64,000 bases of DNA from Eledone cirrhosa. Lineage: Eukaryota. The stretch covers positions 119,412,001 through 119,476,000 of the forward strand of contig OZ024741.1 in assembly GCA_964016885.1 (NCBI GenBank). Reading direction: 5' to 3'. The position numbers were made by a program, and so were the translations under genes. Of the stretch, positions 1 to 13,504 are shown in pieces (the first letter of the stretch is position 1; each line of letters begins with the position of its first letter). The notes beneath the pieces are model-generated. The model had not been told where the DNA came from and did no database searches. It saw only the letters and a list, made by a program, of their open reading frames with translations.

Positions 1-2432
1 ATTTTAATTAATGAAGAATTTACTAAAATTATAATTTCTTCTTATATAAAAATTAAGTAGGGTAGTTTTTGTTTCATGGAAATGGGCAGTTTTTTGGTAG
101 GTTGATATCAGAAGGGTTAAATAATTCTCAAGTTTTTCTAAACTTCTACATAAAACAGTGAAAGAAAAAATCTTTCAGACAATATAAAAATATTGTCTGC
201 ATATTTATATTTATAATAAGAGATTCCTTTGTTAGAGAAGAGATAGCAGTTTCAGCTTTAAGTATGTGAAGGAATTAGATATGCCATTAACTATGTTGCT
301 ATTGGCTTCTAGAATCTGTTCAATAACTACCACAGCATCATATTTTGAGGCAAAGGTCTATACTTTTTGGCTTCAAACAACCTGGCTCAAAAGATGTACC
401 ATCACTCACTCTGAAATTATATAGTGTGTGTCTAAGTATATCAATCATAGAAATTTGCTTGTATATATATGTAAACTCAACTAGAATTTAATCCAGTTTG
501 CTGTAGAAACAACTAAATTTACATCCTCTCATGTCCTTTGCAAAACATCAGATAGATGCTGCTTCTTGGTCCCATGGGGGACAAAATGGCTAATGCATTA
601 CCCTGGAGGATATAGATATTTAGACTTTCAGGTTTGTGTAGCAGATGCTATCACAGTTTAGTGGATGCTATCACATAGCGGTACAACATCAGATAATATT
701 CTAATCTTTCGGCGCAAAGTCTAGCTGTGTTCACATTTTAGATTATGCATAATATTTCGTATTTCAGATATTTCTGATGTATAGTATCCCAACAGAGGTC
801 GCACTTTTTGGAAAAAAAATATTACTATTTTTGTTCTATTTGAAATAACCTACATTTTCTGTCATTCACACAAAATAAATGCTGTTGGAAATAGTGACTG
901 TAATTTTAACAGTGAACAGGCCTTGGCTTAGAGAGTTTGTTATATATATAAACACACACACATATATGAAAGTTAAAATCCTTTGGACCATTACTGCATA
1001 AGTGTGGAGGGGAAAACCAAGTTGTATGAATTTCTGCCCAACAGAGACCATATTGGTCAGGCTGGTGGCAGCAAATGGCAGCCATTTAAAAGACAGTCTT
1101 AGAGTCATTGAGTTTTGATTACTGAAGACTAAATGCTTGGTTTCCATTCTTATCCTAGCCAAAAATACATTGCAAAACAACTGAAACAATTTGAACATGG
1201 AACTTACACAAGAATGTACAGAATGAATAAAAAAAAATCAGAATATAAAAATTCAGATTCACTAATGGAGTGTGAGAGGCATTTTTTTTTTTTTTTCACC
1301 CCATATTTCAGGGATGCCTCTGGGTGAGATTTGTTTTATTGTTAAAACAATAAGGGTCTGTAAAAGAGAGAATAAACAGAGTACCAAGAAGCTACCCAGT
1401 GATAAAGATTTGTGGTGAAATTTTACATTGTCTTTTAGTTATATTTATTAAAAATAGCTTTGCTCACAAGAGAGAATAAATCTGTTTCACTGGTTTATAA
1501 AAGAACAGTTGGTCCATTTAAGTGTTTATAGCACAATACATTTTTTTCTAGGTCAATATATGTCAAGAAAGGTTAGCTGAGTTATCTAAATTATTTTTTA
1601 AATGCCTTGAAGTGATCAGCACTCTGGTCTTGCTAATACAAAAATAATTTTTTTTCTTTTTCTTTTTTAACAAATTGGATATTTTCATTACTTATATTTA
1701 AAATGAAGGGGGAATGGACTAAACACAAAATCTAGTAAAATTTTTCTTTATTAAATTCTGCATGACTTCAGGTTTAATGGTAGGTTTGTTTTTTTTTTTC
1801 CTCCATTTTCAACTAAACTGTACAGAAATAATGGCAATATTCTAATATTAATGACAAACTAAATATTCACGTTTCTGGAGAAAATTGTTATACATATATA
1901 GTTACTTGAGTGTGATTTTGTATTATGAAAGAATGAGCCATCAATATATAAACATAGGGGTAATTTTGGTACATGGTATTGGACATTTGAGAAAGACCTG
2001 TATTTTCCACACAGCTTCTGATAATGGAAAATATGTGCCTTTGTCAACAATGACTATGAAACTGCTAATTTCTTGAATGGCCAACTATATAAATTTTAGG
2101 CAATTACTAGACAGACCCTCTCCTTTAATTTCATTACTTAAATATTTTTCAATGTGAAACAGTGTCCTCTTGTGGCCATCGGCTATTACATATATGACTA
2201 AAGTAGTGAACATTGATTCAAAATAATTTACTGTTTTTCAATTGCAATTTGTTAAATTGTTTGTTACATCATGTAAATAAATATTTTTCACCTTTCACCA
2301 ACCACACATGGGATGCTTATTCAGTAAGTTCATGGACTCAACACAATCACTTTTTTTTTTTTTTCAGGTAAAAAATGTTTTGTTTTGAGTTTCTGTTGAA
2401 AGTGCAGCATAAAAGAGCGAAATTGTTGCTGT

Positions 2433-2513
2433 TTAAATCAGAAAGCGTTTATCCACGAGTGTTTTCCGTGCAATGTTTTTCTTGCTGCCACCAGCTCGTA
2501 TGAGGTCAATAAG
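2433..2513 (-). CDS. TMEM67: TMEM67/meckelin last coding exon (LIDLIRAGGSKKNIARKTLVDKRFLI*)
   Basis: Acceptor tttcAG, 81 nt, ends TAA; matches the meckelin C-terminus (human ...QKNLASKTLVDQRFLI, recalled). Not in the ORF track. Confidence 0.95.
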   Translation of the reverse strand, partial: LIDLIRAGGSKKNIARKTLVDKRFLI

Positions 2514-3279
2514 CTGAAATAAAAATATTTATATAGCTTGAATAAAATATTTATCAGGGTCGATAAAGTTGAGGGGTGGGGAAGTGGCAGAATTGTTTAG
2601 GAATCCAATGGGATGCTGTGTGCATTCTGTCAACTGCCAGCAATTGCAACATTGTTTTCTTGGTCCAATTTGAGTCATCAATTGTGCAGGAAACCACATG
2701 GCTTAGTGGTTAGAGTGGTGAGTTCAATTCCCAGACTTGGTAATGTGCTGTATCAGCTTTGACAACATCGGTGGCACTGGTCATTCATGACTGAAGTGGG
2801 GGGTCTTTATCCCATTTACCCTTTATAGTGCATGTGACATGACTTAATATACACCATTCACTCCAGAAGACGGACAGGTCACCTACCAATCAAGTGAACA
2901 GACTAGATGGACATTATTCTTGCCAGAAAACAAAATAGGCAGGTGGTTGTAAATGCTATGTCTTTCTTTGAAGAATGCACCATCCTACATAGATTGGTGA
3001 TTAGTCACTTCAGAGTAAAATCTAGGACACATACAAAAACCAAAGACAGTCAGGATATGAAAGCTTAAAGAGCTAGTCATAGGTTTAGAGATATTTTAGT
3101 TAAAGCCATTGAAGAGGAATTGGAATTCTATAACATAGAAGACAACTAGAAACTGCTACAAGATTTGTGATTGGGGCAAAGTATGAGCCACATTGAAGAT
3201 GAAATGCAGGTGAAACAGTACAATTATTATTATTATCATTATTATAAAAGTTAAGAGACTAAACATCAGATTTACTTTC

Positions 3280-3480
3280 TCTGTCATGGGTTCAATTCCT
3301 GGACTGGGTTGTGTTCTCGAGCAAAACACTTCATTTTTATGTTGCTCCAATATACCCTGCTGAAAATGAGTACCAGCAATAGCAGGGTGTTTAATCCTGT
3401 CTAGTGGGGAGACTAGTACTCTGCCATGAAAACTGGGATAAGCACCAGCCTGATGAGCATTCGGGCTTGAGACATGTAGT
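3280..3480 (+). mobile_element. Degenerate tRNA-derived SINE with a Meta-domain-like core
   Basis: B-box-like gggttcaattcc, then ctcgagcaaaacactt, then gaaactgggataagcaccagcctgatgagc; same core as 13549-13707. Confidence 0.55.
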
Positions 3481-3749
3481 GTACTAGGGAGAACCAAGAT
3501 GTGGGAAAGAAATACATATGGAACAACAGCAGCACATCTTCTATGTGTGGATGAAAGGAGCCATAACATCTGGTGAAGTTAAGGGCACCATGGTGACATC
3601 TGGCAGGGTCCATCCCTCTTCAGAGAAAAAGTGAGTGATAGATTCCAACAATAAACTCTACATTGTGTACCATGGGACCCTTAACTGTTGAGCTCCATGC
3701 CTAACAGTTTATAAACAGAAATAATATTTGCCTTGTAGATGTCAGTGTC

Positions 3750-4300
3750 AGACATGTTTTGCAGCTCTTTGTTCTGAGTTCAAATCCTGTCAGTTAGCTT
3801 TGCCTTTCATCCTTATGATGTCGATTTTAATCGATTTTCTCCTCCCCCTAAATCAGAAACCTTGTATTTAGTTACATTCTAAGTCCAAATCCCACCAAAG
3901 TATATTTTGCATGTCATCCTCCTGGAGCTCAATAAAATACATACCAGTCATATACTGAGGCCAATTTAATTGATTGTTCCCCCACTCCTCCCAAAAATGA
4001 ATTTCTGATTTTGTGACTAAGAAATTATTAATAACTTTCTAATTTAATTATATGGCCAGCAATGTTTGAGAAGAGGGCAAGTCATTTAAATCAACACCAG
4101 TATTTTACTGGTACTTTATTTTATCAGCATCGGAAGACAGGATGGCAAAGTTAACCTTGGCAGGATTAGAACTCAGAACATAAAGAACCATAACTAAATA
4201 CAGCAAAGCATTCTATCCGATGCAATAACTTTACCAGTTCACCACCTTGATAAGAGTTTCTACTTTAGGCACAAGGCCAGCAATTTGAAGGGGGAGGGGA
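3750..4300. mobile_element. Cluster of degenerate tRNA-SINE copies with a Nin-like core
   Basis: Repeated ctgagttcaaatcc...tttgcctttcatcct...taccag motif on + (about 3770, 3880) and - (about 4060-4250); same family as 43825-44010. Confidence 0.6.
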
Positions 4301-4984
4301 AAGTTGATAATAATAATTTCTATATTTTTTAATCATTATTCAGTTCTCTCCCTTCAAACGTCAGTAAGTACTAGTCATATACTGGTATGAAGTTTTTTGC
4401 AATTGCATGTCTTTGTTACAATATAAAGGAGTTTTATTGTTGCATTGATATATTTTCAAGATCAACACAAGTAACTACAACAAGCAACATGTTGAAAATG
4501 GCTGATCAACTTGCTAGAAATTGCAACCAAATCTCCCTCAAATCACATTACAACATCTAATGAATTGTTCCTTTAAGATGGTAGTCTTCTAAATGGTCGC
4601 CTCAACCGATTAGAAACAGCAGCCAACTCTCCTTCAAATCACACATTAACCATTTTAAAGGAAGAATCCATTCGATGTAGTCCCAGGTACACTACACCTG
4701 AAAATGGGAGACAAAATGGTAATGTCTGGAACAGCTTAGGTCACAGGTCTTCCAGATCAGGATTAACATGGAGCAAAATATTATCAAAAGAGTGGGAAAC
4801 CCACATCACCATCATTTTTACATTGACTTTTCAATGTTAGCATGGGTTGAACTGGATTTTTTGGAGCAATGTTTTACATGCCCTTCATGACACCAACATT
4901 TTTAGTTACTTCTTACATGCAGGGATACGGTGTGCCTATTCTAAACCAGATACTATAAATACCAGGCTTAATCTGTCACCCAGT

Positions 4985-5190
4985 TTAATATCAGCACCAT
5001 CATCTGGCCCTTAGGTACCTTTAGCAGAGTCTACCCTGTTTATTACCACCACCTGATCCTTTGGTACTTTTACCAGAATCCACTCTATTTAACACTACCA
5101 CAAAGTCATTGAGTACCTTTAACAGCGTACACTCTGTTTAACACTACCACCTGGCCATTGGGGACCTTTAGCAAGGTCCACTCTGTTGCA
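4985..5190. repeat. Degenerate tandem repeat of about 44 bp
   Basis: About 4-5 copies of accacc...gtacctttagcagagt.cactctgtttaac. Confidence 0.6.
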
Positions 5191-5440
5191 AGTATTCAGG
5201 TCAGGTTTTAAGTTGGGGGATACTTTTTCCCTCAGCTTTTCTCCATCTCATCGGTTTCTCAGGCCCTATGATTCTCTGACTAAACAGTAAAATAAAAGAC
5301 ATTTCCCCTGTATAGCAAAGATTAAATTTGTGGGCCAAATCACAGGCTTCATGGGGTCATTTTTGAGGTAATGTTTTATGGGTGGATGCCAACACGTTTT
5401 TAAGGAGTGAAACCAGTAAAAGAATAAAAGAACAATTTAC

Positions 5441-5583
5441 CAAATGTCCAACATAAGTGAGAACAGCTGCCAAAACATAGTTCTGCCAGATGAGATCAAC
5501 AACACTGAAGAGTAGAATTTCAAACTGCACCAACAAAATTTCATGACCATAAAAGAGAACACGATCAAAAGAATGGCCATTAT
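5441..5583 (-). CDS. TMEM67: TMEM67 coding exon (DNGHSFDRVLFYGHEILLVQFEILLFSVVDLIWQNYVLAAVLTYVGHL)
   Basis: ttgcAG/GTaaat borders, 143 nt, phase 1 to 0; matches the meckelin segment YSFSSVLYYGNE...VVDLACQNFILA. The ORF track shows a different frame. Confidence 0.95.
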
Positions 5584-8461
5584 CTGCAACAAAACAGAAA
5601 TAAAGGAGTAATGGGTTGATAGAAATTGTAAATGGGCCCCCATTGGTTTTAACAAGGAATGTTCCAGTTGCAGGTTACTTGTTAAATTAACTCTTTTGTC
5701 ACCATATTTCTAATGAAAGACATGGTCTATGATTTTCAAATTATTTTGAAAATAACTTTTAAAATTTGGAGGAATTTAGTAATTCAACTAACTTTCTCAT
5801 GATTAAAGTGGAGTTTGAAACATAATATAGATTCTTACATAAAATTATGATGGTTTTTAGATAAATATATAAACACTTCAAAATAAACAACTTTGTATAG
5901 TAGTATCAGAGACAGTTTGGTAAAATAAGCAGGTTAGTATCAAATGAGTAGACATGTAAGTGACTGAGTATTCTACAGGTGTGTACCCTTAACATAATTC
6001 TCAGGGAGATTCAAAGAGGCTGATTCTAAATAACAGGTATAATTGGAATGACCTACTTGTGAAATTAATATGTAAGTTGCTGAGTATTCCACAGAAATGA
6101 GTCCCCTTAACTATTTTAATACAAAATCAACTCTGGTTCTATGAAACAAAACCATCCATTTTAAAGGGTTCCTATTTAAATTAATATCTTCCAACATAAT
6201 TTTATATAAGAACCATATGTTAAGTTACTATCTTATTAATGAAATTATAATTTCCATAAATTCCTTAAAATTCTTCATTAATTAATTGAAATAAAGTGTA
6301 TTTCATAAGGAACATGGCCATGAAAGAATTAAATTAATTCTCAGGAAGATTCACACTGTGACAAGACTAACCATTTGAATTACAGGTGCAGTCCATCCAA
6401 TGGGTTTTCAAACAGTTTCTGTCTACCCAATTTCATTCACAAGGTTTGAGTCGACCCAGGGCTGTGGTAAAAGAGACTCGCCCAAAATGTCAGACAGTTG
6501 GATGAAACATGGAACCTCATGATTATAAAGCATTCAGTCATACTGCATCAGTTGTTAACAAAAATAGACTAGACTAAAAGTGTTTTTCAATCCTTTTGCA
6601 TCCTGAACTCTAATCTCTCCCAAAATCAATTTGTTTTTTATGTTTCCCCAGATGCTCTTCTAGTACTAAACCACCTGAAACTGCCTCTTGAGTTTATAAA
6701 AATCTGAAAAGGCCCACATGTATATTATATCATACTTTACATATAACAATTTGAAAAGGTCTGAGGCCCACAGAAAACACCTCAATGGTCAACATGTATA
6801 TCATCTTGTACATAAAAATTTGAAAAGTCTGAGGCCAATAGTGAACACTTCAAAGGTCAACATATATATTATATATATACAGATAGTGTTCCAAATCAAG
6901 CACAATTAAATCATTAAGCAAAAACTGAATTAGTTAAGGCTTGGAAAAGTTGCAGGAAGAATCTAGAGATAAGCTCTCAAATTTCAATCCTCCATTATTT
7001 AAGCCAGATCTGTCAATGTATAAAATGTACCAGGCACTGAATAATGTTAATAAACAAAGACTATGTTGTTTTCAAACAGGCCATATACTTTTCAACTATA
7101 TCTTATCAAGAACAGGTCGTATAAAATGACCTCTATGTTCTTGAGGTGACTACTCAGAAATTGTACAGTACTATTTGTTCCAATATGAAGATTAACAGTC
7201 TAAGAAATATGACATTTTAAAGTTCAGCTTTAAAAAAATACCAAGATTTGAGGTGTAATATGTTATCAAAGATCTACCAATATCAAACAAGATCTTTCAG
7301 TATATGGAGGCTAGGAGAAGACTAAACAACAGAAACTTATAGCTACTTTATAGCTGCCCTTGTTTTCACTTTTTTTAAATGTTATTTATACTGCTTTCAC
7401 CTCCTGTTATCCGCTTTCTTTTTTCTCTCTCTCTCTCCGTTTCTCTTATTTTTGTTTCTTACTGTAAGGGGTATTAGATACCTCTCACAGTCAATCACGG
7501 CTTACTAGCTCTATACGAACGTTTAAATTGCTTAAATAAATAAATATCTTACATATAAAAATTATGTTATAGTTTAGATATAAACATTTGAAAAATCTGA
7601 GATCTACAGAGAATGGCTCGCATTTTGCTGATTCCTAAAGGATGAAAGACAAAGTAGAATCTAACATGAACGAAATTTTCATTGCAAAATTAAATTTTAA
7701 GTGAAGTAACCAAGGCTGGGCTAAAGAATTTAAAATTAAGGTTAAAACTAACATATTCGAAGACTTGGTCACATTAAAAAAAATCTCACAGGGGAGATAA
7801 TCTTTTAAAAATATTAAGGGGGACAACTCTAGCTACGTGTGAATAAGTTATATAAATTCATTCTTTTCTATATTTTTTTAAAACCCAAAGCTTCGTATTT
7901 TCGTTTTCTAATTGTGAAGCAGATATTTCCTATTTGATTTTTGTTCTGAATGTTAGTCATTCTATAACTCAATTAGATGCAATGACTAAGTTAGAATCTA
8001 TTTTTTCAAGTATGACGTGAGAAAACAAGCTACTGAGGATAGCTTCATAGAACAGGCTTCCATCAGCTTCAGCAAAGAGCGTTCCAGTTTTCTAGTCAAC
8101 AAAACAACCTACTCGTTAATTTCACGAGTAAGTGGCTGAGCATTTTACAGACATTTGTACCCTCAATGTAATTTCTCAGAGAGATACAGCATGACACATT
8201 ATGAGACAAGACTGAGCCTATGAATTACAGTCAATCCAACAGGCTTCAAACTCCCTTATTTCATTCACATGGTTCAGTTTGATCTAAGACTATAGTAAAA
8301 GACAGTTGCCCATCATGCCACACAGTGGGATCAAACCCATAATCTTATGATTGCAAAGTGAATTCTTTGCCATATATATCCCAGGTCCTCAACTTATATT
8401 GACCCCTGGAGTCAATATACGCTGAGAATCTGAGGTCTGAATCAGTGAAAATCTGATATAT

Positions 8462-9112
8462 ACATCATCATCACTGTTTTACATCCATTTTCCATGCTAG
8501 CATGGGTTAGACGATTTGTCCTGTTGTGGGCAATGCTAGGTCAGGTGACCATGTCTTGCTCATACAGAACTGATTTTGGCTTGGTTTCTACAGCTGGATG
8601 CCTTTCCTAATGCCAACCTCATTTACAGTGAGTACTGGGTGCTTTTTGTCGTGACACCTATACAACCACTTAACAGTGAGTACTTGGTGCTTTTTGTCGT
8701 GACACCTATACAACCACTTAACAGTGAGTACTTGGTGCGTTTTGTCATGACACCTACATGACCACTTTACAGTAAGTACTGGGTGCCTTTTGTGGTGATA
8801 CCTACATGACCACTTTACAGTGAGTATTGGGTGCCTTTTGTGGTGATACCTACATGACCACTTTACAGTGAGTATTGGGTGCCTTTTGTGGTGATACCTA
8901 CATGACCACTTTACAGTAAGTACTGGGTGCCTTTTGTGGTGATACCTACATGACCACTTTACAGTAAGTACTGGGTGCCTTTTGTGGTGATACCTACATG
9001 ACCACTTTACAGTGTGGGCTGGGGGCTTCACTGAACATATACTTCGGCCCGTCCTCATGGGAGATATATTGAGGGAGGTGCATACTGTATATATGCTTCA
9101 CCTTCAGCCTGT
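8462..9112 (-). mobile_element. RTE family B-like 3' UTR fragment with an internal 48-bp tandem expansion
   Basis: (TGA)n tail and ccatgctagcatggg motif, ctacagctggatgcc module; about 8 copies of a 48-bp unit at 8620-9012. Confidence 0.8.
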
Positions 9113-9293
9113 ATGTATATATATATACAGAGAGAGTGAGAGTGATATTGATTGGTTGTAGGAAGAGCATCTAGCTAGTAAAGCAACCCATACCAAATTA
9201 TGAAAAACAAAAATAGCATGTAGTACATAAAAAAAATTATATCTAAAATAAAAACATAAATAAACAAATAAAAAGAGAAAAATCGCATATTAC

Positions 9294-9396
9294 CATTATA
9301 AAATATTCCTTGATTCGTTGTATCAATAAACTCAACATTCAAGACATGTTCCAAAAATGTTTTGTCTTTTACACAATAGTCAGTGTCTCTCAATGA
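9294..9396 (-). CDS. TMEM67: TMEM67 coding exon (SLRDTDYCVKDKTFLEHVLNVEFIDTTNQGIFYN)
   Basis: ttcAG/GTaata borders, 103 nt, phase 0 to 1; matches DYFIKDKLLLERILGMEF...SIFYN. Confidence 0.95.
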
Positions 9397-9499
9397 CTGA
9401 AGAAAAGAATGAGGAAACTTGAATATAATATATTGTTTCTGATGAAGACGGTGAGATGGATCTATCAAGACTAATAATGGTTTCTGATTTGGGAACAAA

Positions 9500-9685
9500 A
9501 CCAACAAAGTTGGGGGAGGGGAAAGACAATTAAATCGATTCCAATATGTTACAGGTACTTTGCTTTCATCCTTATGGGGTCAATGAAATAAAGTTAACCT
9601 TGGTGGGATTTGAACTCAGAACGTAAAGGGTCATATCTAAATGTCGCAAAACATCAGACACTCTACCAATACTGCTAATCCACTG
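9500..9685 (-). mobile_element. tRNA-derived SINE (Nin-like core), degenerate
   Basis: aaagttaaccttggtgggatttgaactcagaac matches the family at 43455-43640. Confidence 0.65.
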
Positions 9686-10540
9686 TTTTTAGTATCGAGA
9701 CTAATAATATGCAGTTACATCACTATTATCAATTAATCACTAAATTGATTTATCATGATCACTCAACCTTCTGAAACGATGGTGAAACAATGAACTGATT
9801 AAGTACTAAACTTCTTTTGTTTTCATTGTTCAACATATTAGAAGGTTGAGATTTCAGTATAATCTTGAACAATCTATGTGTGGATCTGGTTCAAAATAGG
9901 TACAACATATCTCCTTGTGTTATAAAAGGTGACTAAATAGATTGGCACAAAGAAGGACATCCAACTACAAAATCATTGCCCCCAAAAAGACCCCAAGATA
10001 AACATGAAATTTATGATGGGGCTCTCAAGATTAACCCATGCTTTATAAAGGAAGTGTGTGAGTTGTACAAATCTTGGGTGAGAAATGAGACTGTGTAATG
10101 ATAATACCCACTTTCTGTGTTGTGGACACAGCATGGCTAAATGGTTAAGATATTTGCTTTGCAATCATAAGGTCCTGGGTTCAATCCCACTGTGTTATTA
10201 CCATAGCCTTAGGATGACGCAAGCCTTGTAAGTAAATTTGGGGAGACAAAAACTGCTTGGAAGCCTATTGCATGGCCTGTACCAGAAATTTAATGAGCCA
10301 GACACCTTGTCACACACCATTAATGATACACGTGTCTGTGGAATGTTTCCCCATTTACAAGGTAATTTTATAAGCAAGCAATTTGTCTCATTAATCAAAC
10401 AAATTGAATACACATTGAAACTGAGAACAGTTCGTTCAGCATTTAAAACCAGGCTGCTTGTCACCCAGGGTTGAACTTTCACCTGCTGAGGCCCTTGTCT
10501 AAAAAAATATAATTAGTATTTTTTTATATTAATGTTAATG

Positions 10541-10670
10541 ATAACAACAACAGCAGTAACAACAACAGTAACACCACCACCAACAACAGCAGTAACAACA
10601 ACGGTAACAACACCACCAACAGTAACAACACTACCAACAACAATAATAACAGCAGCAGCAGTAACAACAG
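10541..10670. repeat. (ACA/ACC/GCA/GTA) triplet low-complexity repeat
   Basis: Seen directly; source of the poly-Thr ORF. Confidence 0.85.
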
Positions 10671-10692
10671 TAGAAAATTCTCATCAACTCAC

Positions 10693-10791
10693 GTGGTCAA
10701 TGAAGGAAGACAGGTATTTGTTCATAATCTCATGAGACAAAAACGTGTCCCGTTTAAGTCCATTGGAATTGTTCTCCATGCGGTTACCTCC
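10693..10791 (-). CDS. TMEM67: TMEM67 coding exon (GGNRMENNSNGLKRDTFLSHEIMNKYLSSFIDH)
   Basis: taaAG/GTgagt borders, 99 nt, phase 0 to 0; matches MMNKFLGSFIDH. Confidence 0.93.
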
Positions 10792-10867
10792 CTTTAAAAC
10801 ACAAAGGCAAGAAACTTAATGATTTGATGTTTAACAAAATGTGTGAGAATGTGTTTAGGTAGATGCA

Positions 10868-11405
10868 ATCATCATCATCATCATCGTTTAACGTCCATAT
10901 TCCACACTTGCATGGGTTTGGATGGGAGTTTTCCCACTTGAGGCAAGAGTGGTTGTCTTGCTCGCATAGGACTGTCTGGCGGGTTTTCTACAGCTGGATG
11001 CCCTTCCTAACACCAACCACATTTACAGTGTGGAACTGGGAGGTTTTTACCGTGTTACCTACACGGCCACATTACAGCGTGGAGTGTGTGTTTTTTTTGT
11101 CGTGACACCTACACGACCTCATTTGTTTCGGGCTGGATGTTGTGGTACCAACATAACTTTACATTGAAATGGGTGGTGTGGATGGGGTGGGGGTAGTGGG
11201 ATGGGGGTGTATTTTGTTAGAGGTGCCTACTGACTGTAGTAGATTTCACTTTGTACTTAGGTAAGGCGGGTCTTCTCTATTACTGTGTAGCGCCAAAGAT
11301 CTCGGTCCAATGACATTGTCTTGGAGAGGTGTAAGTGTGTGAGGTCGGAATTTATCAAGTCGTCCCAGGTTTTTCTGGGTCTGCCTACTCCGTGGCTACC
11401 GTCTG
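10868..11405 (-). mobile_element. RTE family A 3' fragment
   Basis: Reverse complement of the 38515-39050 type sequence (GSHGVGRPRKTWDDLINSDL...), with (TGA)n tail. Confidence 0.9.
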
Positions 11406-11854
11406 CAATCTGTAAGGAATCCTATCATATATATAGAGAGATATACATAGTTAGATAGATAGATTTTGCGAGCAAAACCAACCAGCTGGAGACCAAGAGC
11501 TTAGATGGTCTTGCTTGGGGATCTAGCCGGATCAATTAAAGTCAGTTGCTTTTGATAAGACCATCTGGAAGGCGTGCATATCTGAGGACTCTACCACCAC
11601 AACCTTTCTACGAATAAGAAGAAGGTTGTTGTGCCCTTGAGACAACTGAAGAGTCTGCTCTACCCTTTTCTGGCATGGTTTCTACAGCTGGATGCACTTC
11701 CTACCACCAACCACTTCACAAGATGTACTCAGTGCATTTCATCATATCACCAACACTAGAGAAGTTATTGTACCCTTGACGCAACTAAAGATTACTCTCA
11801 ACATTGATATCATCATTATTGTCATCATCACAGCATTATTAAAACAGAACTCAC

Positions 11855-11977
11855 CTGACTGAAGGTTAGAGACATCATAATTTGCTTATACCTAGATCGT
11901 AGTTTGGTAGGTAGGGCCATTTCAAAAGTTTGCTGTTCAGAATTGGGCAGCAAACCTCGCTCACTGCAGAGATCATT
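11855..11977 (-). CDS. TMEM67: TMEM67 coding exon (NDLCSERGLLPNSEQQTFEMALPTKLRSRYKQIMMSLTFSQ)
   Basis: tttAG/GTgagt borders, 123 nt; matches [20 protein letters not shown]. Confidence 0.95.
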
Positions 11978-12528
11978 CTAAATGAAAGTAAATAATGGTT
12001 TTCTAATTTAGGCACAATGCTAGCAATTTCGTATGGAAGGGAAAGTCGTCATCATCATCATTATCATTTTCATTTAACACCCATTTTCCATGCTAGCATG
12101 GGTTAGACGAGTTGTCTAGTTGTGAGACAAGTCAGGTCAGTTGACAGTGTCTTGCTTATACAGAACTGTTTCTGGGACGGTTTCTACGATTGGATGCCTT
12201 TCCTAATGCCAACCACATTTACAGCATGAACTGGATGCTTTTTATTGTGGCACCAAAACGACCATCAATTATATCAACTCCAATACTGGTGCTTTGTTTT
12301 ATCAGCCCTGGATCGATGAAAAGCAAAGTTGATCTTAGCAGGGTTTGAACTCAGAACATAAAGGGATGTAACTGGTTACAGCTGCAAAGCATTTTGTCTT
12401 ATGCTCAAACAATACTGCCAATGCAGTGCCTCTTGAAAGTAAATACACAACCTTAAGAACAATATTGATTCTTGTTTGTTGTTGTTCATAACACATAACA
12501 GTGAAGGTGTATAGCCAAATGGTTAGAG

Positions 12529-13020
12529 CAGAGGTTCTCAAACTTTTCAGACCACCGCTCCCCTCAGCGCCCCCACTCTTATTTCCAGAGAGACCTGCCA
12601 ACATGAAAATTGTAAATAATTGTTTCTACTATTGGCACAAGGCCAGCAATTAACCCAGCGCATTACTGATACTTTATTTTATTGACCCCGTAAGGATGAA
12701 AGGCAAAGTTAACCTCAGCGGGATTTGAACTCAGACCATAAAGGGGCGTAACTCTATGCTGAAAAGCATGGTGTCCAACCCTCTACCAATACTGCCAATT
12801 CATAAAATAAATAAAATCGTTAATTTATATTTAAGTAATATAATATATACTATGTATAAATAAATATATATTTTTTATTTTATTATATTTATATATAATA
12901 TATATCATTTGATATTTAATATGCTATTATATCATCTCTAACCCCCCCCCCCCCGCGCTCCTTGGACCTTCGCAACGCACCCATGGGGGCGGGGGGTAGC
13001 GCCCACTTTGAGAATCTCTG
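12529..13020. mobile_element. hAT-type MITE with a nested SINE
   Basis: Termini CAGAGGTTCTCAAAC...TTTGAGAATCTCTG; 8-bp TSD ggttagag/gattagag; Nin-like SINE nested at about 12620-12800. Confidence 0.75.
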
Positions 13021-13238
13021 GATTAGAGTGTTCAACTCACAAATAATAATTGACCAATCAACTGGAACATTCATTATTGAAACCAACAGAGGCCCATTTA
13101 CCTGCACCAATATAATTAAAGGGAAGGGAGAGAGAGGAGTAACGTGGAAGAGAAAGAGAGAAGTTAAAGAGAAGAGGGAGAACAAGAGGTAAAAGGGAGG
13201 AGAGAGAGAGAAATTAAGAGAAAGAAAATAATTTTTAC

Positions 13239-13447
13239 CTGTTCACGAGACATCATCATTTGAATACCACGGAAATCTGTATCAGCTTTCCCATGCACTG
13301 ATCTACCATGGATGTAGTATCCATGGAGCAAATGATCCATCATAAACACACTGATATTACCCAAGGAACACAGATCTACAAACTGCTGCAGGGTATCTTC
13401 AATAAACCTCTCATAGAATATCACCATGTAGAGCCATTGACAAACCG
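13239..13447 (-). CDS. TMEM67: TMEM67 coding exon (VCQWLYMVIFYERFIEDTLQQFVDLCSLGNISVF...GYYIHGRSVHGKADT...SREQ)
   Basis: tgtAG/GTaaaa borders, 209 nt, phase 1 to 0; contains the meckelin signatures FVDLCSxxNISVF and GYYIHGRSVHGxADT. Confidence 0.97.
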
Positions 13448-13504
13448 CTACAAGAGAGATAGTCAAGAAATCTTTTACACTTACAACAAATCATAAAACA
13501 TTAA

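Noticed and set aside
866-1198. 110-aa minus-strand ORF as an extra gene or exon
   Set aside because: Lies downstream of the TMEM67 stop with no recognisable homology; probably 3' UTR or intergenic.
1330-1755. TMEM67 polyadenylation signal
   Set aside because: Several minus-strand AATAAA hexamers occur in AT-rich sequence; none can be chosen without 3'-end data.
3445-3475. Hammerhead at ctgatgag
   Set aside because: No GAAA or stems; part of a SINE core.
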